Origin: Amoebidium appalachense
Taxonomy: Eukaryota > Protista > Ichthyosporea
NCBI GenBank assembly: GCA_963693365.1
Contig: CAVNZM010000013.1
Span: 2,381,817-2,445,816, forward strand
Direction: 5' to 3'
Length of the DNA: 64,000 bases
Position numbers and translations under genes: made by a program. Below the pieces are notes generated by a model. It searched no databases. It saw nothing but the letters and a program-made list of their open reading frames with translations, and was not told where the DNA came from. This document shows positions 1-33,679 of this stretch, piece by piece (position 1 is the stretch's first letter; every line of letters begins with the position of its first letter).

Positions 1-8008
<8,008 letters not shown>

Positions 8009-8904
8009 GCACGTGATCACGTGCAGCCACCCAATCAGATAACCACCAATCAAAACGCTTGCTTGTACACTATGTTTTGCTAATAATAATTTCTATGAGC
8101 TGGCGCGATAGGTCGTCGTCTAATCATATACATATGGCTGCTTGCCGAAAATGATTTCTTCCGCTATCATAACTGTAATGTATATCTATAAGATTTTAAT
8201 TTAAGAGCAGTAACTGCGATATTTGGTGTTAGAAACGACATGTTTGGCAATGAGAAGTACCATAGATAGCTTTGAAAACTACCAAATTAGGCATAAAAAC
8301 TCAAATGCTGACCTTAAATACACTTTGAGACGCGCGCCCGTTTGCACACCCGAGTCTTGTGTGTGTACACATTTAGACAATTGCGATCCGTAATTACGTT
8401 TTTCGTTTTTGTCTTTAGATGGTTTCTACTGTTTTGTCTGTCGGAAAATCCCCTTAGAGCTTCCCCTATTTTTCGGTTTTAACCTAGAACTAATCGCATT
8501 AATAGTTATGGGTTTAGAGTGCTTCGGTCCGTGGTTCCGAATGTAAGCACCGACCAACAGTAAGATTATCTAATTATAGATCAGCAATAGATAGGAGGGG
8601 GGCTATATTGCTAAATTTCCAATGGCTGTATGTATGGCTATGGTAAAAAATATTTGGCCATGGGCTTGGCAAGACAAAATATCCACTACTTACGTACATG
8701 CGTATCCCCACACACTCGATGTGTTTTGAAAAAACCGGCACCCTCTGCAAATTTGCACACCTACAGGAGCTGGCGACTTGCGGTCTGACCATAACCCCCT
8801 CCCGTGTCCCCCCCCCCCCCCCCCCCCCCCCCCGGTGTATGCCTCACGGACGGGTGTGTGTGTGTGCGAGCGCGTGTAGCATGCACGCGCGTGAGTCACT
8901 CGTC

Positions 8905-8945
<41 letters not shown>

Positions 8946-9846
8946 TAGTGTATGTGTGTGAGTGAGTGTGGGTGCGCAACCGCGCACGCACGCGTGCGCG
9001 ACCACCACTGACACTGCACTGCCACCCACTGAGACACGTTGTGACAAAGATGCCGACACACGCGCGGTGGTGGGAGGAAAAGGAGGAGTGCTCGCACGTA
9101 CACTAATTAGTTGGAAAATATAAGTGGCTGATCGAGGGAGGTCGTGCAGGAAACCCAGATTCTGCAAGTTGCTGTGGGGAGATTGCTTTTGAAAGAGAAG
9201 GGGGGGAGAAGAGGCGGGAGGGGAGGGGGGAGGTTGTGTGTGTGTCTTTTGGGGGGGGGGGGGGAGAGAGATTAATTTATGCATGATAAGAAACGAATTG
9301 GAGCTAGCACAAAGCATTCAAGCCTCAGGTTGAGAAGGCTGTTGCAGGGACCGTGGAGAAACACCCTGGCAGAAGCCAGGGGGGGAGGGGGGAAGGGGGG
9401 AGGGGGGCGCGGGGGGGGGAGGGGAGGGCCGGGGGGGGGGGGAGGGGTGGGGGGGGAGGGGGGGGGGGGGGGAGGGGGGGGGGGGAGGGGGGGGGGGGGG
9501 GGATGATACCAATAGTAGTAGGAGGCTACATTTATTCGATGTTTGCTGTTTGGGATTGGCAATATTGATTGATTTAGGGTTTGTAAACCGGGCCCGGAGC
9601 GCTGCGGTTATCCTGATTTCCGATATTTTCTGAAGTCTTAATAGACGTGCACGTGGTATGTATTTGCAGTTGGATCAAGTTCCGGGTGGCCCCTCCCCTC
9701 TTCTTCTCCCCCCCCTTCCCCCGGCCCCCTCCCCCCATCCCCCCCCCTCGGCCCTCGCGGGGCCCCCAGGGCCTCCCCCCCCCCCCCCCCCCTCCTATTG
9801 CAAGAGGGAAATACCTACTGTACTCTGGTGGGTACCGGTAGTAGTA

Positions 9847-9878
<32 letters not shown>

Positions 9879-10155
9879 CATATACCGGGAGCCCTATCCC
9901 ATGCCTCCCCCTCTTCTGGGCGCGCCAATAGACCACTTTCTCCAATCATATGAGGGCCGGGTGGCGCGAAAATGGGACCAACCGATCGATCAGACCACCT
10001 ACGGCCACCAACCGACAAGAAAATGGTGAAAACCTCGCTCGGTTTTTTCGGTTTTCCTACACTTTTTAGGCACTTACCCCTCTATAATTGATAGTTATTT
10101 GGTTTGCAGAGCTAAACAAGTTTAGTAGAAGTAGTTTGTGGCACAGTATGTACCA

Positions 10156-10602
10156 ATGACCGGCTGCTCTTGCGCCGCAAACCGGTGCAACCAAAAAGTA
10201 GGGCCAGGTTCAGTAAGGATTCCCAAGTATAAAGCTACTTCCTCAAAATGAGAGGTTTTGCGAGAGCAGTGGTTTGAGAAAATAGGCAGATTAGACAAAA
10301 TAAACAAGAAAAACCTAGACATAATCGAAAGCACGCGTGAACACCGCCTTTGCAGGCGTCACTTTGCTCTAGAGTGCTTTGACCCTGTTACTAATAGGTT
10401 GAGAGACAAAGCCACCGTCCTCCCTTTTTCTCAAAACGAAGAAGAAGAATACTGGGCAAAGAAAAAGTTAGAGACAGCACGGCAGAATGTAGGTGAGCAA
10501 CGCATTACGCGGGGGACAAAACGACAGATTTTTGACGAGTCTACCTACAGAGGGAGATACTCCCCAGAAAGTTGCGCGTGCCCGTGTAGACTTGACCGAT
10601 GA
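10156..10602 (+). pseudogene. THAP-type zinc-finger remnant, probably from a DNA transposon
   Basis: MTGCSCAANRC...IP...*EVLREQW...HRLCRRHFALECF...RLRDKATVLPF fits the THAP C2CH pattern with conserved P, W, F and an AVPTIF-like box. In-frame TGA at 10249-10251; no DDE domain follows. Confidence 0.7.
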
Positions 10603-10989
10603 AGATCGGCAACTGTTTGAGCTTTCGAAGGACCCACCCACCCACATGCACACACACGCACACATGCGCAACTGCAAATCAGATTCTGTGAACGGCTCAC
10701 CCAGTCACACGTGCAGATGCATATATATGTCACAAGTTACACATGCGCAAACGGTGCACGTGATTCACAAGCCTGTGACACTGTTGCACATACATTCCTA
10801 CAGTCGCAAATAATTAGCTTTCACACACGGTGTAGTCAATACGCTCAAGCTCGCAGCCGCCCGTGCGCGCAGATCACAAATCTTTGAAAATAATCAGCAA
10901 GGCACGAATATCTTCATTCAAGTAGTGGAACCCCGGCACTCCGGTACCGTTCATAGCTATTATAGATGTGCCTTATGTACCGTACAAAG

Positions 10990-11100
10990 TTTTTTTTTAT
11001 TCTATCCCGTTTTGTTCCCGGAGGTACCATTAGGGGCCCTCAGGGGGAACTACCGTCTTCCACCCAGCACCGACAGTACTCTAGCTAGGGTGCTACGATG
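10990..11100 (-). mobile_element. Diverged copy of the SINE/LINE 3'-tail module with A-rich tail
   Basis: T-run followed by ATCCCGTTT...CCTCAGGGGGAACTACCGTCTTCC...AGTACT matches 38500-38585. Confidence 0.6.
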
Positions 11101-11135
11101 CTATTAGCTAAACTAACACACCTATAACAATCCTA

Positions 11136-11300
11136 ACAGTTATATCGTGTCTTTATCGTATTCGTCTTTTCGCATAATGACACGATTCCGAAAATGTGTC
11201 CTGCCAAATACGCCACAGCTTTCCGGACACGATAAAGACGTTGGACATCGAAGTTATATACGATAAAGACACGATATAACTGTGCTTCCAAACACGCCCT
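11136..11300. mobile_element. Harbinger/PIF-like MITE fragment
   Basis: Internal inverted repeat ACAGTTATATCGTGTCTTTATCGTA / TACGATAAAGACACGATATAACTGT. Right end CCAAACACGCCC followed by TAA, i.e. GGGCGTGTTTGG, related to the TIR at 51025. The left TIR is missing. Confidence 0.55.
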
Positions 11301-11779
11301 AACACCTGTCACTGTGACAATCCTAACTATTTGTACACACTTAGCCCAGGGTATTCACCCCAGCCACGCCGGTGGGTAAGTGCAGCTAGTACTTGCAAAA
11401 AGCATGCCGCGCGTGCAACTAGTAAAAAGATTTTTTGGCTGAATTCGACTACCTGCCTGCCACGTGCGACTGTGGCCTCAGCCGCCGTATGACCAAGTCT
11501 ACTAGGCTATTTTTCAAGGGTATGAGTTGGCGCGTGACTCAGCGTCACAGAGGGAAAGTGTTCGTCGGCCTTGAAAAATATAAGAGCTATACCTACCTCC
11601 ACATGTTCATGACTCACGCGTCTGTTCAACCGCTTCGGTAAAGCTTACCCAAGGTCCTAGAGTTGATTCATTGCATTGGTGGGCATCTATTGTTATGCCT
11701 GTGAAGCGGGGCGTACACCCACCGTACACGTGTGTAGTAGTTTTCCACCTGCACCGCGTACATATACTGCTGTACACGT

Positions 11780-12098
11780 GTAAACATGACGTCACATGTG
11801 GCTCACTTCACTCACTGCTGATTGGTAGATCTAGCCTGCGCGCCAAACTTTCAGCCAATCAGCTCGTTCCAGACGCGAATACCTTTTCGGGTCAGGCTTA
11901 TTCGACCCGATTCGAAACGAAATGTGTCGAAGTTATCAGCTGTTCCCGGTGTTTAGTTTCTGCATTCAACTTGAACGCGTAAAACCGTAAAAGAGGCGTG
12001 GTTGTATAAGTGTAAGAGAGTGTAGATTTTGGTGCTTTTTTAGTGACAGCGAACATCCCTCTCTGTCACTTGCAGCGTTATTTTTGGAATCAACACAG
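11780..12098 (+). promoter_or_regulatory. Probable promoter and non-coding first exon of the CDV3-like gene
   Basis: TGACGTCA (CRE), E-box-like motifs and two CCAAT boxes (ATTGG ~11821, CCAAT ~11855) in a repeat-free island, followed by a strong donor CAG|GTGAGT at 12098/12099. Confidence 0.4.
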
Positions 12099-12801
12099 GT
12101 GAGTTGTGTGTTGTGGGGAAACATGACTGACTGAGCCACGTGTGTATGCATGTGCACGTGCTCGTTTTCCTGGTGGTGTGTGCGTGTGTGTACGGGAATT
12201 CCGTACACCTGCACACCTGTGTGTTTTTGTGTGTAGGAGGTGCGTGCGCGTAGGACTACGTGCGTGTGTGAGCATGTGGGTACAGCTCGGTGTCTGCCCT
12301 TTCTGTCTTTTTTCTGTGCGAGTGAGATCTTTTGTGCGAGTGAGAGTGAGGGAAGAATGCGTGTAGCACACCTGTTTTTTGTTTTGTTTTCCTGCCTTTG
12401 TCGCTTATAACGGGTTGTTAGCATTTTTCTTCGTCTGCTATCCAATCATGTTTGCGTATTCAGCGAGCCTTAAAATTGACCTGGCAAACGTGGTGTAACA
12501 TGTCCCTCCCTATCCCCTCGCCCTTCTCCCCTTCCTCCCTTCCAACCTCCCTAGTTGTATTCGTTGGTCCTGTTCTTCCAGTCCCAACCCTGTGCCTTTT
12601 TTTTGTCTCCTCCTCCTTCTTCAAAACATTTCTTCCACTTGCCCACGTCTACCTTTGCCTGTGTGCGTCTTCCCCCCCCCCCCCCCCCTCTCCCCTTTCC
12701 CCCCTCTCCCCCAGGCGACCTTTCCCAGCATGCACCCGTTCATTCTCTTTCATTGAAATACTATGTATTCCACTCCCCCCCCCCCCCCTCCCCGCCCCGC
12801 C

Positions 12802-12835
<34 letters not shown>

Positions 12836-13537
12836 CACACCAGCCAGCCCGTGTTTCCCCTCCGCGTCGTTACCCGTGCTCCCTTTCCCAATCTTTGTGC
12901 CCTGTGCTGTGTACCACGTTCATCCCCCCCCCCCCCCCCTTTCTCCTCAGGCCCCTCCCGGCTCTGCACCTGAATCTTCTTACATGCACCCCCATCCGTT
13001 CTGTTGAAGGGGCTCCACATCCATTCTATTCCCCTATCCTTCCTCCCCCCCCCCCCCCCCCCCCCCCCCCCCCACACACACACACATACACTCCCTTCTT
13101 CCCTGCAAGAGCATTTACCCACCCACACAGGACACAGGCACAGCTGCTGTACACTCCCCCACCCACATAACTGGCACACACACACACATTCGTTCGCACC
13201 CGCACGACACGCACGCACAAACTGCAGGCCTCATACATAGGCAGAGATGCAACCCCCCCTTCCCCGCCCCCCCCCCCCCCCCTCCCTCCTTCCCTCAAAA
13301 ACACACACAAACACAGTCACTGAAAACGAGACACTTATCACTGAAAATGAGACACTTGATGTGCACATACCCCCGCTCCCCCCTCCGAATCCCCTCCCCC
13401 CCGCTTTATCCTTCGTTCACGTCCACTCACCCAGAGCATGTTGTCGCCCCCCCTCCGCTTGTAGATGGCTTTCAGGTAGTTTTCTGACCATTGCCATATT
13501 AGGAAACCAACAGCCACGGTCCCTCCCCACCTTTGCA

Positions 13538-19440
<5,903 letters not shown>

Positions 19441-19452
19441 ACGGGGTACGTG

Positions 19453-19483
<31 letters not shown>

Positions 19484-19517
19484 TTGGGTGGGTGGGTGGG
19501 TGGGTGGTGGTGGTGGT

Positions 19518-19588
<71 letters not shown>

Positions 19589-19659
19589 ATCATTGATAGA
19601 AACGGGAGGGTTTGGTTAGTCGTGTGTTGTTTTGCCTGCACATATTATAGCCTTTGCTA

Positions 19660-19784
<125 letters not shown>

Positions 19785-20206
19785 GCACGCACACGCGGAC
19801 AAGCGCACGCGCACACGCACACGCGGACAAGCGCACACGCGCACACGCACGCACACACGCACTCACGCACACACACAGTTGTGTGTTGCAGGGTGGACAT
19901 GGATACTGTCACGCAGAGGAATATGCTCGGCAATACCCTGTGTGCCGGTTGACCCGTAAATTCGTTTTTTGTTTTTGTGAATTCGTTTTTACCTTTCATT
20001 TTTGGTTGTATTTTGGGTGTGCTTTTGACTATGACTTCGGAAAATCTAATGTGTAGGTGTAGAAAGGTTATGATACTATGTTGTGAAAGGTTATGATACT
20101 ATGTTGTGCACCTGAACTGGGGTTTACTGCACACATGTGCACTCTTACACGCTGCCATATCCGCACGGTGCGCGCCACACCACAACACATACACATACCC
20201 CCCCCC

Positions 20207-20295
<89 letters not shown>

Positions 20296-21014
20296 CCGCA
20301 CGCACAATACAAGATGCATTTCTTATGTAAAACACAAAATTCTGCACAGCTTCTCAGGGTTCAACTGTTTTAAGGTATACAAGCGGATTTGTTTATTTGT
20401 CATTCTTCAAGTGTCCTTGTCTTCCTTTCTTTATTTGCTTTCCCCTCCCCCCCGTGTTGTTGTGTAAGAGAAGCACCCATATAAGTCACTCCTAATGGTA
20501 TCTACACCAAGAGAGGTTCAACGTATGTGAAACATATGCTTGTCTGTTTACTGTGTTATTGCCTTTACGTTAACCGGAGTTCGAGACTTTAGAAGTTTGA
20601 CTGAGTTCGCATTACATGTTGGGGTGGGTAAGGTGAAGATGTGAAACCCTTGCTAGTATGCTTTGCCCAATAGATTTGATGGATTGATATGGTATTTTTT
20701 GGAATGTTCTGTGCGCAACAGCAGGGCCCAATAAAATACGAGTAGTCTGCAGGAGTGTGTTGGAACTTCAATACACTCGCGTATGTTGCAAGCCTAGGTC
20801 TGTCATGATCAATAACAAAGTGCTTGTGTTTGAAGCATGGATGTGCAAACCATATGTTGCTGTTATTTGCAGTGCATGTGTGTTCATGATCACGTGCACT
20901 GTGTGCGTGCGTGTGACACAGTGTGCGTGTATGTATGATATCCTACAGCTGGTGTGCAAGTGTGCACGTGTGTGTGGGCGGCGGCGACGGCCACCCCCCC
21001 GGCGGCGGCGGCGG

Positions 21015-21046
<32 letters not shown>

Positions 21047-21535
21047 GGGGGGGGAGGGCTAGCTATTTCATGCCAAAGCAATAAAAATGAAACAATCACT
21101 GCACACTACTGTAGTCCCCTTATGAATGTGGTTGGCTGGTGAAGAACTGTCACATGTTTGATTTTGGGTTTTGCGCCACACGTGTTATGTCAGCAACCAC
21201 ACAAGTCTTGAATAATAAAATCTCAACTTCATGACACTGATCTGACCTGATCATGATGAAGAAAGGGAGAGTTGTCTCGGAGAAAAAGAGGGAAAAAAAA
21301 AAGGGGGGAGGGGGGGGGGGGGGGGGGAGAGGGGGAATGCTTGAGAAAAGAGATGAGGGAGGGGATACTACGTAGGAGGCTAAGACACCAAAAAACATTG
21401 TCAAGGGGAAAAAAAAAAAAACACTTTCCTAAATACCTACACTCCACATCCACCCACCCACAATATCTGGACCCCCCCCCCCCCCCCCCCCCCCCCCCCA
21501 CAACACACACACACACACACCTCGTGTATTGCAGC

Positions 21536-21587
<52 letters not shown>

Positions 21588-21857
21588 CACACACATTCAA
21601 AAAATAGTAATAAGAAAAAGGTTCTACTCACATAAAAGAAAGAGTCTAGTACCATTCATCTTTGTGTGTTATACTCTAATGCACAGGCCAAAAAGTTCTA
21701 AATAACGTTCTATACATACCACTGACATTTTCGCTGTTATATAACATACACATTCATTTTTCACCTGCGTTTTCGCAACCCCCCCTGTGCGGCCAGCAGG
21801 GGCTCTTTCACACTGTGATGAATCTCCGAAGCATTACCACCGAGCCCTACACCAGCT

Positions 21858-22861
21858 TCAGAACCGTTTAAGGAAGGTGAGACAGGTGACGATAGAGACA
21901 AGGAAGGCGGGCACGGCCCATTGGGCAAAATGTGCTCCGAATGCGTTGTAAAGTCCTTGGATAATGGCCGTGGAGGCGTCTCCGGGGTGGTGGTAAACGC
22001 GCCCCAAACTGAAGCCCACCAAGATGAGAATGCCGGGGAGCTTTGCCCAGGGCGAGTCCTCTGGCCTGTCTGGCACACGGCTGGTCAAAAAGTAGTAATA
22101 GCATAACACTGGAATTTGCGCTGCACAAAATAACGCTGACAAAGAATATGACGGGTTCCTCGGTAAATGGGGTGGGGAAAGTGAAGAGGGGGGCGGGAGG
22201 TAGGGGGGGGGGGGGGGGGGGGGGGGGAGGGGGGTGCGGGGGGGGGGGGGGGGGGAGGGGGGAGGGGGAGGGGGGGGGGGGGGGGAGTACAGAAAATAGT
22301 GCATTGATGTAGCTTGTTGACATGTGGCTAGCGGCACATGTTAGGGAAGCAAGCGTAAGAGCAGAACCCAAAAAAATTCTCTAGCAGCCATGAATTCAGA
22401 AAAGTCAGAAAGGAATTCTTGTTGGTGAAGGTTCACCTGACACACGAAGAGTGCCTTGAAAAGTGGGAGACTGCCAAAGTGCCTGCCATTCTTGGCTCAG
22501 GTTGACAAATTTAGCCATACAACGCATGAAATGGTACAGAGGTGTGCGTGCACATACTGGCACTGAGGGGTGCACCTACCCTCTGCCCCCTACGCCCAAC
22601 TTCCATGCCTCTGCTACCGCCTTTCTTGTCTCCAGGTCAACAATTGCTTCTACTAAAGTTTTCCATGTCTGCGCCCTCGCGGCGGCCTCTGCCTCCACCT
22701 TCCTCGCGTCCACCTCCGCCTTCGCGGCGGCCTCTGCCTCCGCCTTCCTCGCCTGCGCCTGCCCATTGTTGATTTCCTTCACACTGTTTAGCTAGCGCAG
22801 CCTGTGGGTCAGGCATGTTTGCAAGCTCGCGAAGCTGCTCGGCGGTCAAAAGCTGCTCCAT
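21858..22861 (-). pseudogene. Disrupted gene of unknown function (Ala/Glu/Lys coiled coil, possible C-terminal TM segments)
   Basis: MEQLLTAEQLRELANMPDPQAALAK, then a frameshift to EINNGQAQARKAEAEAAAKAEVDARK..., an in-frame TAG at ~22576, and a later segment KLPGILILVGFSLG...WAVPAFLVSIVTCLTFL. The exon structure is unresolved. Confidence 0.35.
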
Positions 22862-23039
22862 TGTGTAAGTTTTATTGGTAACCAGTGTAGGCCTACACGC
22901 ATATAAATGTTCTAAACGGCAAACAAGTGTGCTCGCCGTGATACATACGTTGGTTTATACACTCTGAAGTGCCATCGAAAAGTTTCTCGGTACCACGAAA
23001 GTCAAATACCTCACATTCCACCGTTAGGTTTCAGCTCAG

Positions 23040-23440
23040 AGAAGGTGCAATCGCAGTTGGTTATAGCTTTGCGATTGGCTCAATCGTTGGCTTCTCGACC
23101 AATCACCAATGCGTAATTTAACAGTTGTTGATGAGCCAGATCTACATAATAGCGTTAAACCAATCATCATGTGCTGTTGCTCTTTTGCACTAGTTTACGT
23201 AGTGCGCGCCAAATGGTTAGTATTATAGGTAGTCCGATCGGCGCATCAACGAAAAGTCTGACGTCACATTCCATTCCTGGAATAAGCCAATTTGATTGGT
23301 TCGGCGGTTCGAGGGAAAGTCCCCTGTCCCAGCCGGCTAGTCTCCGATGGCATGCCACGGTACCAGTCGACTATGTACCTCTTGTGTGACACTGTGGACT
23401 GACTCCGCAAAATCATTCAGGTGACGTGACGTCTTTGTGA
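23040..23440. promoter_or_regulatory. CCAAT/CRE-rich, probably bidirectional promoter island
   Basis: At least seven CCAAT/ATTGG boxes, plus TGACGTCA and TGACGTGACGT, between the divergent 22861(-) and 23739(+) starts. Confidence 0.45.
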
Positions 23441-23738
23441 TGAGTCCGAGCACGGCGGTCCCGAAAGTTCTACTTTAATCTTTCTATTTTTAGTAACGCC
23501 CTTACATTATGGTAGTATCAATATCCCCTGCTCGTTGGACTCAAGCATCACTGGCATACATGCTCAGGCGGGGCGCACGTACATACGGACGTACGCGCAG
23601 GGCCGGCTGTCTACCACGACTCCTTACATCACAAACGGTATACATGCCTACAAACGCAATCAAAGTTTTTCTTTAATGGACAATCAACGTCGGGGACCCT
23701 TGCACACGAAGAACAGCCCAACTTATCATCACCCGACG

Positions 23739-24443
23739 ATGCAACCAGCAGAAACATGTGCAACCAAACCCTCCTTTGCCTCTTGGAGCGGTGGCAAGGA
23801 CTCTACTCTGGCCCTTTACCGTGCCAAGCAGACTGGATACGATGTTAAGATACTCTTTGTGATGATGGATGAAACGGGAGACAGGTCTCGCTCACACGCA
23901 ACATCACAAGAGCTACTGAGGATGCAAGCACAGGCACTAGGCATTGAAATATTGTTTGGGAGGGCAACATGGAAAGATTACGAGGAGTGTTTCGTGAGGC
24001 ACCTGTGCGAGTTCAGAGACAGAGGGATTACCCACGGGATCTTTGGAGACATTGACATTATCCCAAACAGGGAATGGGAAGAGAGCGTGTGTGCGCGTGC
24101 AGGTTTGGTCGCCCACCTACCGCTGTGGGGGGAGAGGAGAGAGAACCTTGTAAATGAGGTTATAGCATTGAAATTTCAGCCCATCGTCGTTTGCTGTAAT
24201 GGCAAATATCTCAGGAAGGAGTTCTGTGGGCGAAAATTCGACACCAATTTTGTGGGTTCTCTGCCTGAAGGCGTGGATGCATGTGGAGAAAATGGAGAGT
24301 ACCACACTTTTGTTGTGGGAGGGCCCATGTTTTCACATTCATTGGGTGTACACGTTGGGGAGGTGTACAGCATTGTCCCAACTGCTCCTGGTGCAGGGGA
24401 GTATCATTATGCACGTCTGTTGGTGAATGGCAAGGATGAATAG
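23739..24443 (+). CDS. Diphthine-ammonia ligase-like / MJ0570-family PP-loop ATP pyrophosphatase, bacterial type, intronless
   Basis: Motifs SWSGGKDS (PP-loop), MMDETGDRSRSH, QAQALG, GIFGDID, LPLW, GRKFD, GVDACGENGEYHTFVVGGPMF. 234 aa from ATG 23739; an alternative in-frame ATG is at 23676. Confidence 0.9.
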   Translation: MQPAETCATKPSFASWSGGKDSTLALYRAKQTGYDVKILFVMMDETGDRSRSHATSQELLRMQAQALGIEILFGRATWKDYEECFVRHLCEFRDRGITHGIFGDIDIIPNREWEESVCARAGLVAHLPLWGERRENLVNEVIALKFQPIVVCCNGKYLRKEFCGRKFDTNFVGSLPEGVDACGENGEYHTFVVGGPMFSHSLGVHVGEVYSIVPTAPGAGEYHYARLLVNGKDE

Positions 24444-24609
24444 CTGCGTGTGTATGAATAAATGTGATATTCTACTGTGTAGGCAATGAATGAAAATGGT
24501 TGCAGAATTGCGAACCTTGTGGTTGTGGGCGATTCTTTGTTCTGCGCATGTGAGATGACAAACATGTTGATGATTGTGTGCTTGCGCACATACTTGTGGT
24601 GCGAGTGGA

Positions 24610-24610
24610 G

Positions 24611-24703
<93 letters not shown>

Positions 24704-24928
24704 CCCCTCCCTTCCTCCCTCCCTCCCTCCCTCCCTCCCTCCCTCCCTCTCTCGCTCTCGCTCTCGCTCCTCTCGCTGTCCCCCTCCAGACACTTGTGGA
24801 TGCGAGTGGAGGTCTCTCTCTTTCTGTCTCTCTCTCTCTCGTCTCTCCCCCGCTCCCTCTCTCTCAGTGTGTGTGTGTGTGTGTGTGTCTCACTGTGTGT
24901 GTGAGTCTCTCTCTCCCGGAGGCTCTCC

Positions 24929-24991
<63 letters not shown>

Positions 24992-25238
24992 CCCCCCCTC
25001 TCCCTCTCCCTCTCCCTCTCCCTCTCCCTCTCCCCCCCCCCCTCTGCCTCTCTATCTCTCTGTCTCCTTCCCTCCCTCCCTCCCTCCCTCCCCTCCCTCT
25101 CTAAAGCTCTATCTCCCTCCCCCCCCCCTCTCTCCCTTTCCTCCCCTCCCCCACCCTCTCTATCTCTCTCGTTCCCTCCCCCTCCCTCCCTCCCCTTACC
25201 TCCCTTACCTCCCTTACCCCCCTCTCCCCCCTCCCTCC

Positions 25239-25269
<31 letters not shown>

Positions 25270-25270
25270 A
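24610..25270 (+). repeat. (CT)n / (CCCT)n polypyrimidine microsatellite block
   Basis: Seen directly. Confidence 0.95.
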
Positions 25271-26120
25271 TCCCTCTTCCCTCAAAGTGCCCTAACACTA
25301 CTATTTTTGGTCTGGGTACTTATACAGCTGCGTCAGCATGCAGTGATGTGAGTGGCATGGATATGTGCACTGCGTTTACTACAGCGTGGTGTGTATACGC
25401 TCGCTGCCCTTTGCGTTCGTTCCGTTACTCTTGCATCCCCGGTTTGTATCTGTATTTTAGTGAGCGGCCGTTAAGGATGTTTGGTTTTGTTGGAGAAGAA
25501 ATCGACGTGCATTGCGCAGACGATCACAAGATATCATGGAAGAAGCTGGGGCGAAGGACGCCACCAACAACAGATCCTGAAATGTGAACACGGAATGAAT
25601 ACATTCAAGGTGCACAGAAAGTGTCACATTACGGGCTGTCCTGCCAGCCTGAAAACAGTCACAAGAGTTCCGGAAGCATTTGATCGATGTGATGTTGGCA
25701 AATTTACACGAAGCACACTCGAGCGTCGCATGCCGTGCACGACCGAACACACGAAGAGCAGATCAAGAAGCTGTGTAGGCTGCCAAGGCTGGGGCCTATT
25801 TTTAGAACACGAGCGCACCAGCGCGCGTTGTTCTGTTCCATCGAAAAGGTGTTCCTATTCGTTCAAAACTTCCTGTGGAATGTATGTGAACATGTGTGAT
25901 TGGTGCAATAAACAAGTTATCGTTTGATAGAGCCAATCACAAACGCGATGATTAAGAAGATAAGATTTATGATTGGCTAAGGCGATAAATTGAAGGCGAC
26001 TTTCCAAACGCTGCTGCATGTGAACTGCCGTGTCAACTGCCGGCTTCGCCCACAACGAACACTGCGTTGTGGGTGTAGTTGCAACGATTATTGTCACAGA
26101 GTGATATTAGAAGCATCAAA

Positions 26121-32809
<6,689 letters not shown>

Positions 32810-33485
32810 GCGTTTTTTTGTTTGTTGTTTTTTGTCTTATATGGTATATCTGGGATTGCTAAATTTGGCTTATATGTGTTAGTGTTGCCAAATGAGGTGG
32901 CTCTGGGACATTAATTTTGGCTCTAATGTGGGATGTGGGGAAAAGGGTGGCTTTATAATAAAAAAAGATAACTAACTTGCCCGGGTGTAGTGTATGGGCA
33001 GTTGGTATTATGGCTACTGTTGTGTAATACTGTGGTGTCGTGTGCGATAGGTATAGCGGGGTTCTATAATATGCCATGAGGAGTTATTTCTAGTTCACGA
33101 GCTGTAAGCAAGCCATATCGATTAATAGTGCAAAGAAACAGATGTACGTAAGATGCATCTATTTGTAGATACATCTGGTGTTAGTGTCGCTGTAGCCCAT
33201 GCAATATCTTGTACAAATTGTAACTAATGAGGTGGAGAGAAGTGACAAATTATGCACCAATATTTGCCACCTGAAGCTCTCAAGGTGACTCGTTTAACCA
33301 GTCAGCAAATAAAACGGGATAATCATTTTTGCCATCGTTGTGCAAGAGCGTGTATAGACACTGAGGTTTACTCCCCTCCTCCCCCTCCCTCCGAGTATAC
33401 ACGTGCTTGAAGCATATGTAATGATTGCACTATTGTCGGAAACCCCCCCCCCCCCCCCTCCTTTCTCCCTTCCCCCTCCCCCCCC

Positions 33486-33519
<34 letters not shown>

Positions 33520-33679
33520 ACCCACCCACCCACCCAAAGACACAAGCACACCGGCAACACCGAGGCCCACACAGAGTGCACTCAGACGGTTGCTTCGACA
33601 AACACCCAGTCTTAGAATATAGTATTTGTTCTGCCGCTTTATACCCCCCCCCCCCCCCCCCCCCCCCTCTCCCCTCATA

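Noticed and set aside
23535-23738. N-terminal extension of the Dph6-like ORF, and naming the gene DPH6
   Set aside because: The track's start is TTG and family similarity begins just after ATG 23739. The motifs are of the prokaryotic subfamily, so orthology to eukaryotic DPH6 is not supported.
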